A stretch of DNA of 64,000 bases from Thermodesulfobacteriota bacterium (GTDB taxonomy: Bacteria > Desulfobacterota > Binatia > Bin18), in the NCBI GenBank assembly GCA_964291405.2, contig OZ219926.1:2048001-2112000 (forward strand). The letters are read 5' to 3'. Within the stretch, counting starts at the first letter, position 1; each line of letters starts with the position of its first letter. Below, in pieces: positions 1 through 8,589 of the stretch. The position numbers were made by a program, and so were the translations under genes. A model generated the notes under the pieces. That model was not told the origin of the DNA. It saw nothing but the letters and a program-made list of their open reading frames with translations, and made no database searches.

Positions 1-90
1 TGAGAGAGCCGACCGCATTATCGATACAGGATAGGCCACGGAGGGCGCGGCCTGACTCAGACTTCCCGGCCGCGCTCCCCTACTCCCCTT

Positions 91-1374
91 TTATTCCACC
101 TTTTGCACCAGTTCGATACCGAACTGTTCGGCGGCATTGCCGCCTAGCATACGGGCCATGCTGGCCTCGTCGATATGGGCCTGGCCCAGGGTCTCAATCG
201 CCTCCCAGGCGCTGGTCGTATCCTGCTGCGGATAGCGTGAGCCCCAGACGATCTTGTGGGCAAAGGTATGGGGCAACTGCTGGATCAGCCGCTCCTCGGC
301 GTCAAAGGCGAGCAGTACCCGGCCCTCTTCCCACATGTCTTCCACATCGGTCCGCACCGGGTAGTAGTGCAGGGGCGGAATCGTCAGGACGGACGCTTCC
401 ATCTTCTCCAGCACCTCTTCCATCCAGGACGCCTGGCCGCCGGCCATCACCACCTTCAGCTTCGGGTAGCGCTGCATGACGGTAAAACCGATCAGGGTCG
501 CGGCAACGAACATATGGTTATCCAGCCATGGGGACAGGATCGGCGCGACCGGATGCCCGATCGGCTGCTGGGCTCCGAAGGTAAAATTCGGCCCGTTGCC
601 ACCGCCCGCAAACGGGCCGCCGCCAGCCTCCCTGAACAGGGTGACCTGCGTGAGCCGGCGGTTGACCTTCTCGATAAACGGGGCGTGGGAGGTCCACTCC
701 GGGTTCCATAAGCCGCTTGCCGGATGGACGGCGAGCGTCAGGTCGAGGCGCTCAAGCTCGGCCCAGAACGGGTCGTAGTAGGGATGGGTATAATAGCGTC
801 CCTGAACGAACAGCGGCCGGAGAAACACGCCTCGAAAGCACGGCATGGATACGATCCGTTGCAGTTCCGCCAGCGCATAATCCATATTTTGCAGGGGAAT
901 CATGGCCGCGGCGTACAGGCGGTCGGGCGCGGCCTGGCAGAAGTCGGCGATCCAGTTGTTATACGCCCGGGCGAGCGCGTTGGCGCTGTCCGGGTCCTTG
1001 ATCAGGGGGAAGCCCTCGGCAAACCAGGTCGGGTAGAGCAAGGTCTGATCCACGCCCATGGCGTCCATGTCTCGCAGCCGGGCCTGGGGATCAGACGCTC
1101 CCTCGGTCACGGCGTGCCGGGTATCGGGGTCGAGCTCCCCGATCTGCTCGCAGGTCATGCCCGGTCGCCAGATGGCGTAGCGGGGGATGTTGGGATTGAC
1201 CTGATCATGGTAGGCCTCGCCGTTTATTTTGAGGTAGGAGGCGTACTGGCCGTCTTCCCGCCACAGAGAGAATTTGCCCAGGGCGCGATAGTCCGGCTCT
1301 AAATAGTTCTCCCAGATCGCGGGTGACTCGACAATATGGGAGTTGGCATCAAAAACGGCAAAGCGCTTGGTCAT
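91..1374 (-). CDS. Amidohydrolase_2-family protein, probably catalytically degenerate
   Basis: Family motifs present (RLRDMDAMGVDQ..YPT, AYNNW, MLGGNA) but ligand motifs are altered (FDANSH, WGSRYPQQD). Its ATG overlaps the upstream gene's stop (ATGA). Confidence 0.85.
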   Translation of the reverse strand: MTKRFAVFDANSHIVESPAIWENYLEPDYRALGKFSLWREDGQYASYLKINGEAYHDQVNPNIPRYAIWRPGMTCEQIGELDPDTRHAVTEGASDPQARLRDMDAMGVDQTLLYPTWFAEGFPLIKDPDSANALARAYNNWIADFCQAAPDRLYAAAMIPLQNMDYALAELQRIVSMPCFRGVFLRPLFVQGRYYTHPYYDPFWAELERLDLTLAVHPASGLWNPEWTSHAPFIEKVNRRLTQVTLFREAGGGPFAGGGNGPNFTFGAQQPIGHPVAPILSPWLDNHMFVAATLIGFTVMQRYPKLKVVMAGGQASWMEEVLEKMEASVLTIPPLHYYPVRTDVEDMWEEGRVLLAFDAEERLIQQLPHTFAHKIVWGSRYPQQDTTSAWEAIETLGQAHIDEASMARMLGGNAAEQFGIELVQKVE

Positions 1375-2819
1375 GCCCAGGCTCCCTCGGCGGCCCGGCC
1401 GTTCCCGTTGGGCTGTCTGCCGCGTTCCCGCGGAGGCCGGATGAGCGCGGCCTCGGGCTCCAGGGCCCGCTTAACCTCATCCTCGGTCGGCCACCAGGCC
1501 GGCCGTTCAATTTCGGTCACCCGTTCCCGAATGAAGGTTTTCGGGGCCTCGATATGATAGAGCTGACGCGCGTTCTCTCCCAGGAATTTGCTCTGGTGAG
1601 ACACCGACAGCTCACACGAGCGCATGGTCTCAAGCGCCCGCCACACATCGTCGCCGTCGTGATGGTACACATCGGACGACCAGGCCAGGATGTCTTTATA
1701 GAACTCGGGCAGACGCGAGGGCGGAGCCTCATCGCCCTCAAAGCCGGTTACGCAGTGCGCGAAAAAGGTTTCGCTCGGCAGACGTTTGAGCGGTGCCAGC
1801 TCGCGCTCGTTGCGGTACAGCTTGTAGAACTTATCGCAGCGGTCGAGCAGAAAGCTCAGCCAGGTCGAGGAAGCCTCAAACACCGCGGCCCGTATCCTGG
1901 GATGACGCTCAAAAAAGCCCGACATCAGGACCATGGTGACCCACAGCGCGGCCTCGGCCTGAAAGTTCTGCACATTGGTCAGAAACGAGTGCGGCAGACC
2001 CGCAGAGATAATGGTCCGGGCGATCAACTCCGCGCCCGAGTACTGTTCGGCATACCCGGCCGGCTTGAGCGAGCCAAAGGCCGGAAAGGGATGCATGCCG
2101 TACACCACGCCGGTCTCTTCCATGGCCCGCCACACCTGCTCATACTTGGGCTGGAGCGGGTAATTGCCCATGGCGTCAACGGGTCGGACCAGACCCACCC
2201 GACAGCCCTTTTTCGCCACCCGATAGACTTCCTGGGCCGCGTACTTCGGGTCCTGCATGGGCAGCATGGCCGCAAAAAAGAGACGCTCGGGGTCTTCCTG
2301 ACAGTAGTCATACGCCCACTCGTTATAGGCTTTGCACATGGCCTTGGCCCCGAGCGCGTTTTGCAACCACGGATAGGTGTCGATATCGGTCGGGATAATC
2401 ATCACCTGGTCTATCCCCTGGATGTCCATATCCCGCAGCCGTTCCCGCGGTTTATACGACCCCTTGTGGTCCAGATAGTCGGCCTGCTCGACCGTCAGCG
2501 CCGTCTTGGGATCCAGGTTGCGGACGTACAGGGCGCGCTGGATATCGTGTTTGAGCCCCGGCCCGGCAAAGGAGATGGCGTGGATACGGCCCCGCCGGCC
2601 ACCGATCAGTTGGGAACCGATACCCGACCCCGGCACGCCGTTCACAATCAGTTGCTTGCTCTCGGCATCAAACCACATGGTGGTCTTGAGAGCCTCCAGT
2701 TCGTCTTTGGTCAGCCAATCCTTGGCCCGCTCCCAAATCCAGGGCGGCTCGGTTACATGGGCGTCGCAGTCAAAGGTCGGGAAGTCTTTGGTCATGGGAG
2801 CGAATTTTTGAATCGGCAT
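1371..2819 (-). CDS. Amidohydrolase_2-family metal-dependent hydrolase/hydratase/decarboxylase
   Basis: FDCDAHVTEP, RLRDMDIQGID, HPF, FEASS and WSSDVYHHD motifs. Start set at ATG 2819 behind an AAGGA RBS. Confidence 0.88.
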   Translation of the reverse strand: MPIQKFAPMTKDFPTFDCDAHVTEPPWIWERAKDWLTKDELEALKTTMWFDAESKQLIVNGVPGSGIGSQLIGGRRGRIHAISFAGPGLKHDIQRALYVRNLDPKTALTVEQADYLDHKGSYKPRERLRDMDIQGIDQVMIIPTDIDTYPWLQNALGAKAMCKAYNEWAYDYCQEDPERLFFAAMLPMQDPKYAAQEVYRVAKKGCRVGLVRPVDAMGNYPLQPKYEQVWRAMEETGVVYGMHPFPAFGSLKPAGYAEQYSGAELIARTIISAGLPHSFLTNVQNFQAEAALWVTMVLMSGFFERHPRIRAAVFEASSTWLSFLLDRCDKFYKLYRNERELAPLKRLPSETFFAHCVTGFEGDEAPPSRLPEFYKDILAWSSDVYHHDGDDVWRALETMRSCELSVSHQSKFLGENARQLYHIEAPKTFIRERVTEIERPAWWPTEDEVKRALEPEAALIRPPRERGRQPNGNGRAAEGAWA

Positions 2820-2842
2820 GTCCGAGTCCTTTCTGCGAGGAT

Positions 2843-3664
2843 TCACCCGACCAACCTGGACACAAAGCTTGTGATAAAGGCGTTTACCTGGTCCGGGACT
2901 TCGAGCTGGAGGAAGTGGCCCGCGCCAATGGCCTGGGCAAACTCGACCTGCTTGAAACAGGATTTCAGATGCTTCAGGTCGGCGGCCTGCGGGAAGGTGT
3001 CCGCCATCCAGGGGCCGACCATGACCAGCGTTGGCTGCGACATGGCAGCGGCCGGCGTGGCGGAGTCAGAAGCCATCAGCCGGATCTCTTTGACGCGCAC
3101 ATCTACAGGCGTACGACAGGCCTCACCGACCGCCGTCCCGACCATCGCCCGGTCGGCCTGGGGACCAAAAAAGCTGGTATACAGCTCGCGGAAATAGGTC
3201 TCGCCGTCCGGGGCTGTCAGTTTCTCTACCATCTCGGCGTAAAACCGCTCGGTCCCGGTTGTGGGGTTGGCAAGGTCGGCCCCGGGCATCACCGCAGAGT
3301 CGACCAGGATAAAGGCGCGCACCAAATCCGGGTAGTCATGGCTGAAGGCGACACCCGCCGGGGCGCCACCGGCGTGCGCAATCGCTACGGTGTTGGTGAA
3401 ACCTTCGTGGCGGGCCAGGGCCGCGATGTCCGCGGCGTGCTGCTGGGACGTATGGCCGGAACCCGGCGTGGTCGATTGGCCCATACCGCGCCGGTCCATG
3501 CGGAGAACGCGGTGGGAGTCCTGAAAGTAAGCAGCCTGCTCCTCCCAGTGGTTCAGATTCGAGCACCAACCGTGGATGAAAATCAGGTCGGGATTGCCAC
3601 AATCCTTGCCTTCGACTTTGTAGTGCAACTCTGCTCCGTCTTCAGTTCTGAATGTCGGCATCAT
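2843..3664 (-). CDS. Alpha/beta hydrolase fold protein
   Basis: FIHGW, DRRGMG-S and GAGHFLQLE motifs. The nucleophile elbow reads AHAGGA (no Ser). Confidence 0.85.
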   Translation of the reverse strand: MMPTFRTEDGAELHYKVEGKDCGNPDLIFIHGWCSNLNHWEEQAAYFQDSHRVLRMDRRGMGQSTTPGSGHTSQQHAADIAALARHEGFTNTVAIAHAGGAPAGVAFSHDYPDLVRAFILVDSAVMPGADLANPTTGTERFYAEMVEKLTAPDGETYFRELYTSFFGPQADRAMVGTAVGEACRTPVDVRVKEIRLMASDSATPAAAMSQPTLVMVGPWMADTFPQAADLKHLKSCFKQVEFAQAIGAGHFLQLEVPDQVNAFITSFVSRLVG

Positions 3665-3763
3665 GTCCTCCTTAGTGAGAGTTACGTCATATCATATTGA
3701 GACCACTTGACCACTCGCCTCCGTGGCTCTGTGTGTGGTCTTTCCGACGGCCCGGCTTCCCTC

Positions 3764-3803
3764 CAACTGAGACAGTTGACAGGCCATAGGCGCTCATCAT
3801 ACT
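3764..3803 (+). promoter_or_regulatory. Candidate sigma70 promoter with a palindrome overlapping -35
   Basis: TTGACA (3776-3781)-N16-CATACT (3798-3803). CAACTG-AGA-CAGTTG inverted repeat at 3764-3778. Confidence 0.4.
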
Positions 3804-3863
3804 AACAGCGCGCATGACCCAGGAAAGCGATTGGTATGATTGCCTGTGAACGAGGGAGACAGC

Positions 3864-5435
3864 ATGACGACGAAGATGACGAAACGCCAATTCCTGCAAT
3901 CCATCGGAGCCGCGGCCGGGGTGGCCGCGGTGTATCGGAGCATGGATGCGCTGGGCCTTGCAGGAGCGAGCACAGTCCAGGCGGCCACGCTCGATCTGTC
4001 GCCCGGCTCAGGAGACGGGAAGAGCGTCGTTATCCTGGGGGCCGGTATCTCCGGCCTTGTGGCTGCCTATGAATTATCAAAAGCAGGCTATGACTGCACG
4101 ATTTTGGAGGCTACTAATCGGGCCGGCGGGCGTAACCTGACGGCCCGTAGCGGCGATATCATCAGAGAGGAAGGTAGCCGGCAATGGGTGGGCTTTGACC
4201 CGGAGGAGAATCTCTACGCGAATCTCGGGCCGGCCCGCATTCCCCATCACCACACAGTCATACTCGGCTACTGTAAGGAGTTCGGCGTTGATCTCGAAGT
4301 CTTTACCAACGACAACCGGGCGGCCTTTTTCCACAACCTGGAACACTTCGACGGCAAGCCCGTAGTGGCGCGGCAAGTCATGACGGATACGCGCGGGTAT
4401 CTCGCTGAACTCCTGGCCAAGGCGGTGAACCGCAATGCATTGGACGATGTGCTGACGGGTGAGGATAAGGAGCGCCTCCTTGACCTGCTCAGAAGCTATG
4501 GCGACTTGGACGTCGCAGACGACCTCTATACCGGCTCAGATCGTGGCGGGTATCAGGGGGAACACATTCATGCCGGTCTTGCGCCTGGGGAGGTGAACGA
4601 CCCGCTCGATTTCAGCCAACTGCTCAGCTCGGACTTCTGGGAATACAAGCTCTACTTCAGCCAATTTCTCGATCAAAACCCCACCTTATTGCAGCCCGTC
4701 GGCGGAATGGATGCCATTGTTGATGCCTTTGAGGAGCGGCTGGAGCATCTGATCCGGTATCGGAGCATCGTCGAGGAGATTCGGAAGACTACCAACGGCG
4801 TTCGTATCGTGTATAGGCGCCGACGGCGGCGCGGTCTGAGAATCCAGGATGCGGACTTTGCGATCTGCACCATCCCCGCGCCCGTTCTAAAGGACATTCC
4901 CAACGACTTTTCACCTGATACACAATCCGCGATTGCGTCAATAGAGTTCAGCAATGCGGTCAAAATCGGTTTCCAGGCCCGTCGGCGTTTCTGGGAGGAA
5001 GATCACGGTATCTATGGCGGTATTTCCTGGACCGACCAAGATATTACGCAGATATGGTATCCGTCCTGCGGCTATCAGCGGGCCAAGGGGATCATCCTGG
5101 GCGCCTATATCTGGGACGATGAGCCCGGCCGGCGCTATACTGCCATGAGCCCGGCCGAGCGTTTACAGGCCGCCATCGTCGAAGGCGAGGCCCTCCATCC
5201 CGGCTATGAGGCAGAGATAGAAGCAGGGGTCAGCCGGGCCTGGGCCAAGGTGCGCTTCCAGCGAGGCGGCTGGCCCGCTAGTTATCAGGCACCCGCGCGT
5301 CTGCGCGAGCCCGATGGGGCGATCTATTTCGCAGGTGATCAGTTGAGCGCCTTGCCCGGGTGGCAAGAGGGGGCGGCCCTGGCCGCTCAGGCGGCGGTGC
5401 AGGCCATCAACGAACGGGTTACGGCCACTACCTGA
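3864..5435 (+). CDS. Flavin monoamine oxidase / L-amino-acid oxidase family protein with Tat-like leader
   Basis: ILGAGISGL..A..L Rossmann motif, EATNRAGGR, IYFAGD..S..PGWQEGA. N-terminal TKRQFL followed by a hydrophobic stretch. Confidence 0.88.
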   Translation: MTTKMTKRQFLQSIGAAAGVAAVYRSMDALGLAGASTVQAATLDLSPGSGDGKSVVILGAGISGLVAAYELSKAGYDCTILEATNRAGGRNLTARSGDIIREEGSRQWVGFDPEENLYANLGPARIPHHHTVILGYCKEFGVDLEVFTNDNRAAFFHNLEHFDGKPVVARQVMTDTRGYLAELLAKAVNRNALDDVLTGEDKERLLDLLRSYGDLDVADDLYTGSDRGGYQGEHIHAGLAPGEVNDPLDFSQLLSSDFWEYKLYFSQFLDQNPTLLQPVGGMDAIVDAFEERLEHLIRYRSIVEEIRKTTNGVRIVYRRRRRRGLRIQDADFAICTIPAPVLKDIPNDFSPDTQSAIASIEFSNAVKIGFQARRRFWEEDHGIYGGISWTDQDITQIWYPSCGYQRAKGIILGAYIWDDEPGRRYTAMSPAERLQAAIVEGEALHPGYEAEIEAGVSRAWAKVRFQRGGWPASYQAPARLREPDGAIYFAGDQLSALPGWQEGAALAAQAAVQAINERVTATT

Positions 5436-5548
5436 ACGGGCGACCGAATGTGAGAAGCGACCGCCTCCTGGATACTGGCCTCAGCGACCGGTCCGGGCCT
5501 GGTTCTCTAGAGGCTCCCAACCTGACAGTACCGACCGCCGCGTCGGTC

Positions 5549-6532
5549 CTAGACATTCGGGAGAATGTCATGTACGAGGCGCCGCATATCCCCGATGGTC
5601 TTTGCGGTCGGCGTCCCACTGAACGGCGGCCACAGGAGTGGCATCGTCATCCCGGCATCCCGATACCGTTTGAGATTGTCCGTGATCTGCTCAGTCGTAC
5701 CGACCAGCGTTGGCGTCAGCTTGCCCCGTGGCGTCTGATCCGTTTTGTCGCGGGTGATCTCAAACGGTAGCATGCTCGAAATTTCGATACCGTCGATGGT
5801 ATGCCCACCGCCGAGCTTCTCCAACTCGTCCTTGATGGCGGTCCGCCAGGCAGCGATCGCTTCCGGGGTGTCCATGATCCCGATCCACCCTTCAAGGCCA
5901 TACTTGGCCACTCGCGCTGCCGCGAGATCGGGCCGGCCTAAGCCTCCAAAAAACATCGGTGGCCGCGGCTTTTGAACCGGCTTCACGCCAAAGCCACATT
6001 TTGGAAAGTCGACGAATTCTCCGTGGTACTCGAACAACTCGTTGGTCCAGACCCCCTGCATCACTTCGATCGTTTCTCTCACGTGCGTGTTGCGTTTCTT
6101 ATAGATATGAGCCGCGCTTGACGCGGCGAACTCCTCTGGCATCCAGCCCGAGCCGACGCCGACGTTCAGCCGCCCGCCCGAGAGGTGATCCCAGGTCGCG
6201 AGCTCTGCTGCCAACACGCCGGGAGCGCGATAGGGCGTGACAATGATGCTGACCCCCAACCGCACGCGCTTGGTAATAGCCGCCAGATACGGAATGAGCG
6301 GCATGCCGTGCAGGAACTCCGCCCGGGCGCTCACGGGCAGCGCCTTCGGAAATTCCGACATGAAGCCAAACGACTTTTCGAGTTCCTGACGGTCCGAGGC
6401 TTCGGGTACCACGATACGGTCCAGCGACCACACCGAGTCGAATGCAAGGTCCTCCGCTTCCCGGGCCAGGTCTACGATTTCGCTGACCGTGATCTTGTCA
6501 CGGAGATTCGGCAGATACAGCGCGAGCTTCAT
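5549..6532 (-). CDS. LLM class flavin-dependent (possibly F420) oxidoreductase
   Basis: AEDLAFDSVW, LAAITKRVRLG, DHLSGGRLNVGVGSGW..EEF, PVQKPRPP. AAGGAG RBS before ATG 6532. Confidence 0.9.
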   Translation of the reverse strand: MKLALYLPNLRDKITVSEIVDLAREAEDLAFDSVWSLDRIVVPEASDRQELEKSFGFMSEFPKALPVSARAEFLHGMPLIPYLAAITKRVRLGVSIIVTPYRAPGVLAAELATWDHLSGGRLNVGVGSGWMPEEFAASSAAHIYKKRNTHVRETIEVMQGVWTNELFEYHGEFVDFPKCGFGVKPVQKPRPPMFFGGLGRPDLAAARVAKYGLEGWIGIMDTPEAIAAWRTAIKDELEKLGGGHTIDGIEISSMLPFEITRDKTDQTPRGKLTPTLVGTTEQITDNLKRYRDAGMTMPLLWPPFSGTPTAKTIGDMRRLVHDILPNV

Positions 6533-6698
6533 AGTAAGGTCTCCTTTATTGGTCGTATTCTCTATGGATTGCTCAAGTCTTTTACCTGTTGCCGGGTGCA
6601 TCTTTCTGCGTCGCTCGATTATTGTCAAGGTTCAGCTAACACCGTTGACGGAATATCACAGCGTAGCTATTGAAATGTAGTGACATAAGGTTAGATCG

Positions 6699-6989
6699 TT
6701 GCACTGGACATGGGACAAAAACAAGAACCGCATCAACACGCAAAAGCATGGCCTGAGCTTTGAGACGGCACGGCTCGTGTTCGATGATCCGTTCATGGCA
6801 CATCGACCCGACCCGCATGCGGACGAGGAGCGCTGGCACACGATTGGCATGATCGGTGATGTGGTCGTGATTGTGTCATACACCTGGCCCACACCAGAAC
6901 CCGGAACCGGTGTTGAAGTAGGACGCATCATCAGCGCCCGGAAAGCAACGGCGCACGAAAGGAGAGCCTATGAAGAGGGGAACTTCTAG
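6699..6989 (+). CDS. brnT: BrnT-family toxin (DUF497)
   Basis: WD..KN..N..KHG.SFE.A..VF.DP, EERW..IG and RIISARKA...ER..Y signature. Confidence 0.9.
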   Translation: MHWTWDKNKNRINTQKHGLSFETARLVFDDPFMAHRPDPHADEERWHTIGMIGDVVVIVSYTWPTPEPGTGVEVGRIISARKATAHERRAYEEGNF

Positions 6990-7272
6990 GAAACTCACCA
7001 AGGCGCAAAAGGCGGAGCTCCAAGCACTTGCGGCGCTGCCCGACGGGCAGATTGATACGAGCGACATCCCCGAGATTCGGGATTGGTCCGGCGCGCGGCG
7101 CAATCTCCTGTATCGGCCGGTGAAGCAACAGATCACCCTGCGGCTGGATGCCGACGTGGTGGCGTGGTTCAAAGCGAACGCCCCCGGCGGCCGGGGCTAC
7201 CAGACAGAGATCAACCGGGTGCTGCGCAAGCACGCTACATCTCCGAGAACTGAGTCCCGTAGGTCGAGTTAG
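6970..7272 (+). CDS. brnA: BrnA-family antitoxin (DUF4415)
   Basis: IDTSDIPE, RPVKQQITLRLDADVVAWFK, GYQTEINRVLR. Overlaps the toxin gene. Confidence 0.9.
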   Translation: MKRGTSRKLTKAQKAELQALAALPDGQIDTSDIPEIRDWSGARRNLLYRPVKQQITLRLDADVVAWFKANAPGGRGYQTEINRVLRKHATSPRTESRRSS

Positions 7273-7336
7273 CTGTGGGCGTAACCCGACGGCCCACGTT
7301 TACCTTGTCGGATTACGCTCTGCTAATCCGACCTAC
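7259..7336. repeat. Inverted doublet of GTAG-type REP sequences (REPIN/BIME-like)
   Basis: GTAGGTCGAGTTAGCTGTGGGCGTAACCCGAC on + (7259-7290) and GTAGGTCGGATTAGCAGAGCGTAATCCGAC on - (7307-7336). Each is a GTAG head plus an internal palindrome. Confidence 0.8.
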
Positions 7337-7390
7337 AAGACTGAGCAGAGCAGCGAGGGGATCGATATTGAGGGTTACAGCGGTTCGTCC

Positions 7391-8404
7391 CTAGCAGCCA
7401 TGCATGTCGTCGATCTTGGGGTAAATGTCGGCAAAGCGCTTTATCGGCTCCTGCTGATCCACAAACTCGTCACGGATATCCCACGTCATCAAATCCTGAT
7501 AGCGGGCTACGACGTCACGGTCCGTATTTACGAGAAATATCGGAGTTTCCCGGCGCGGGCGATGTTTGGTCAGAAAAAACCTCATTCCCAAATCGGATAA
7601 TGGCAGTGAGTATCCAAGGATGAATACTCTTTCTGCTTTCTGTAGCGCATGCCCTGCTTCTCGCCAAAGCCGCCTAACGGTTTCGTTGTTGAAGTACGTG
7701 TTCTTCTCGGTGGCCGGCGGGATGATAAGCAGTTCTTTGTCTCGTGACTGCGGGCGTCGAAAATGAATATCGCTCCACCTTTTATCGCCAAAAGGAAGGT
7801 CTTCTGAATAGAGGATAGTTTCGCCGAAAAAGTCATCCCTTCCCGAATAGTACCAGTTTATGGAGCCATGGAGTTTCAGGAACGAAAACGTCTTCAGGAA
7901 ACCCTCGCTCCATATTCCAACTCCAGATCTTGCTTGCACATCGAAGAAGTACGGCGGGTACATCTGCCCCGCGAGGATTCCTTTCCCTTTATCAGTCGCC
8001 TGTACTTGCTTGGAAGCTCGCTCGACCAGCGTATCGTAGTTGAGCGTGATAACAGTCGCTTGTTCCCGGTGCCACGACCCGATAAGGCCGTTCAGCCATG
8101 ACGGCGCTTCGGTTTGCGACGCTCGCGCCGTTTGCTCTTCGATGACCGCTCCGATTTGATGGCGTATGAGCCCCGCCAGCGATTTGTTGGAGTCATTCTC
8201 GTATTCGGTCAGCCAAGGTTGCCGTTGCGACAGGTAGGTAATCCACAACTCGATGTTCTTATTCAGGTCTATCAACGGCCCAGGCAGCGAGCATTCGGGT
8301 TCCCAGAGTCGTCTGGTTACCTCGCCGGTTAGATCTGCCAGGGTTGGCATTCCGGAATGAATGGCTTTAGAAAACCCAGCTCCCAGGATGAACGCGTCGT
8401 TCAT
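7391..8404 (-). CDS. SIR2-like (SIR2_2) domain protein
   Basis: FILGAGFS, ITLNYDTLVE, LKLHGSINW and ILGYSLP.SD motifs. GAGGA RBS before ATG 8404. Confidence 0.82.
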   Translation of the reverse strand: MNDAFILGAGFSKAIHSGMPTLADLTGEVTRRLWEPECSLPGPLIDLNKNIELWITYLSQRQPWLTEYENDSNKSLAGLIRHQIGAVIEEQTARASQTEAPSWLNGLIGSWHREQATVITLNYDTLVERASKQVQATDKGKGILAGQMYPPYFFDVQARSGVGIWSEGFLKTFSFLKLHGSINWYYSGRDDFFGETILYSEDLPFGDKRWSDIHFRRPQSRDKELLIIPPATEKNTYFNNETVRRLWREAGHALQKAERVFILGYSLPLSDLGMRFFLTKHRPRRETPIFLVNTDRDVVARYQDLMTWDIRDEFVDQQEPIKRFADIYPKIDDMHGC

Positions 8405-8589
8405 GCGCGATCCTCTAGCCCAAGACGATGGTCTGCTGCCAGTGCAAGAGTTGCCGGCGCTCCGGCACCGCGGTTCTGCCGCGCTCAAAGGCGACACTGT
8501 CCATCCACCGCTTTATTGTCCGCGCGTCCATACCGCGACTATACGCGGCGCCGTATGGATGAGCAATTCTTTTGAGCCGACCGAGTCGG

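Noticed and set aside
1323-3197. 624-aa plus-strand ORF, and similar long ORFs such as 12662-13885, 25393-26655 and 9811-10833
   Set aside because: Antisense shadows of well-supported genes in GC-rich DNA, with no recognisable motifs.
7295-7305. CACGTTTAC in the REP-doublet spacer, resembling the 54-bp element's right arm
   Set aside because: Only about 9 bp match and there is no partner arm.
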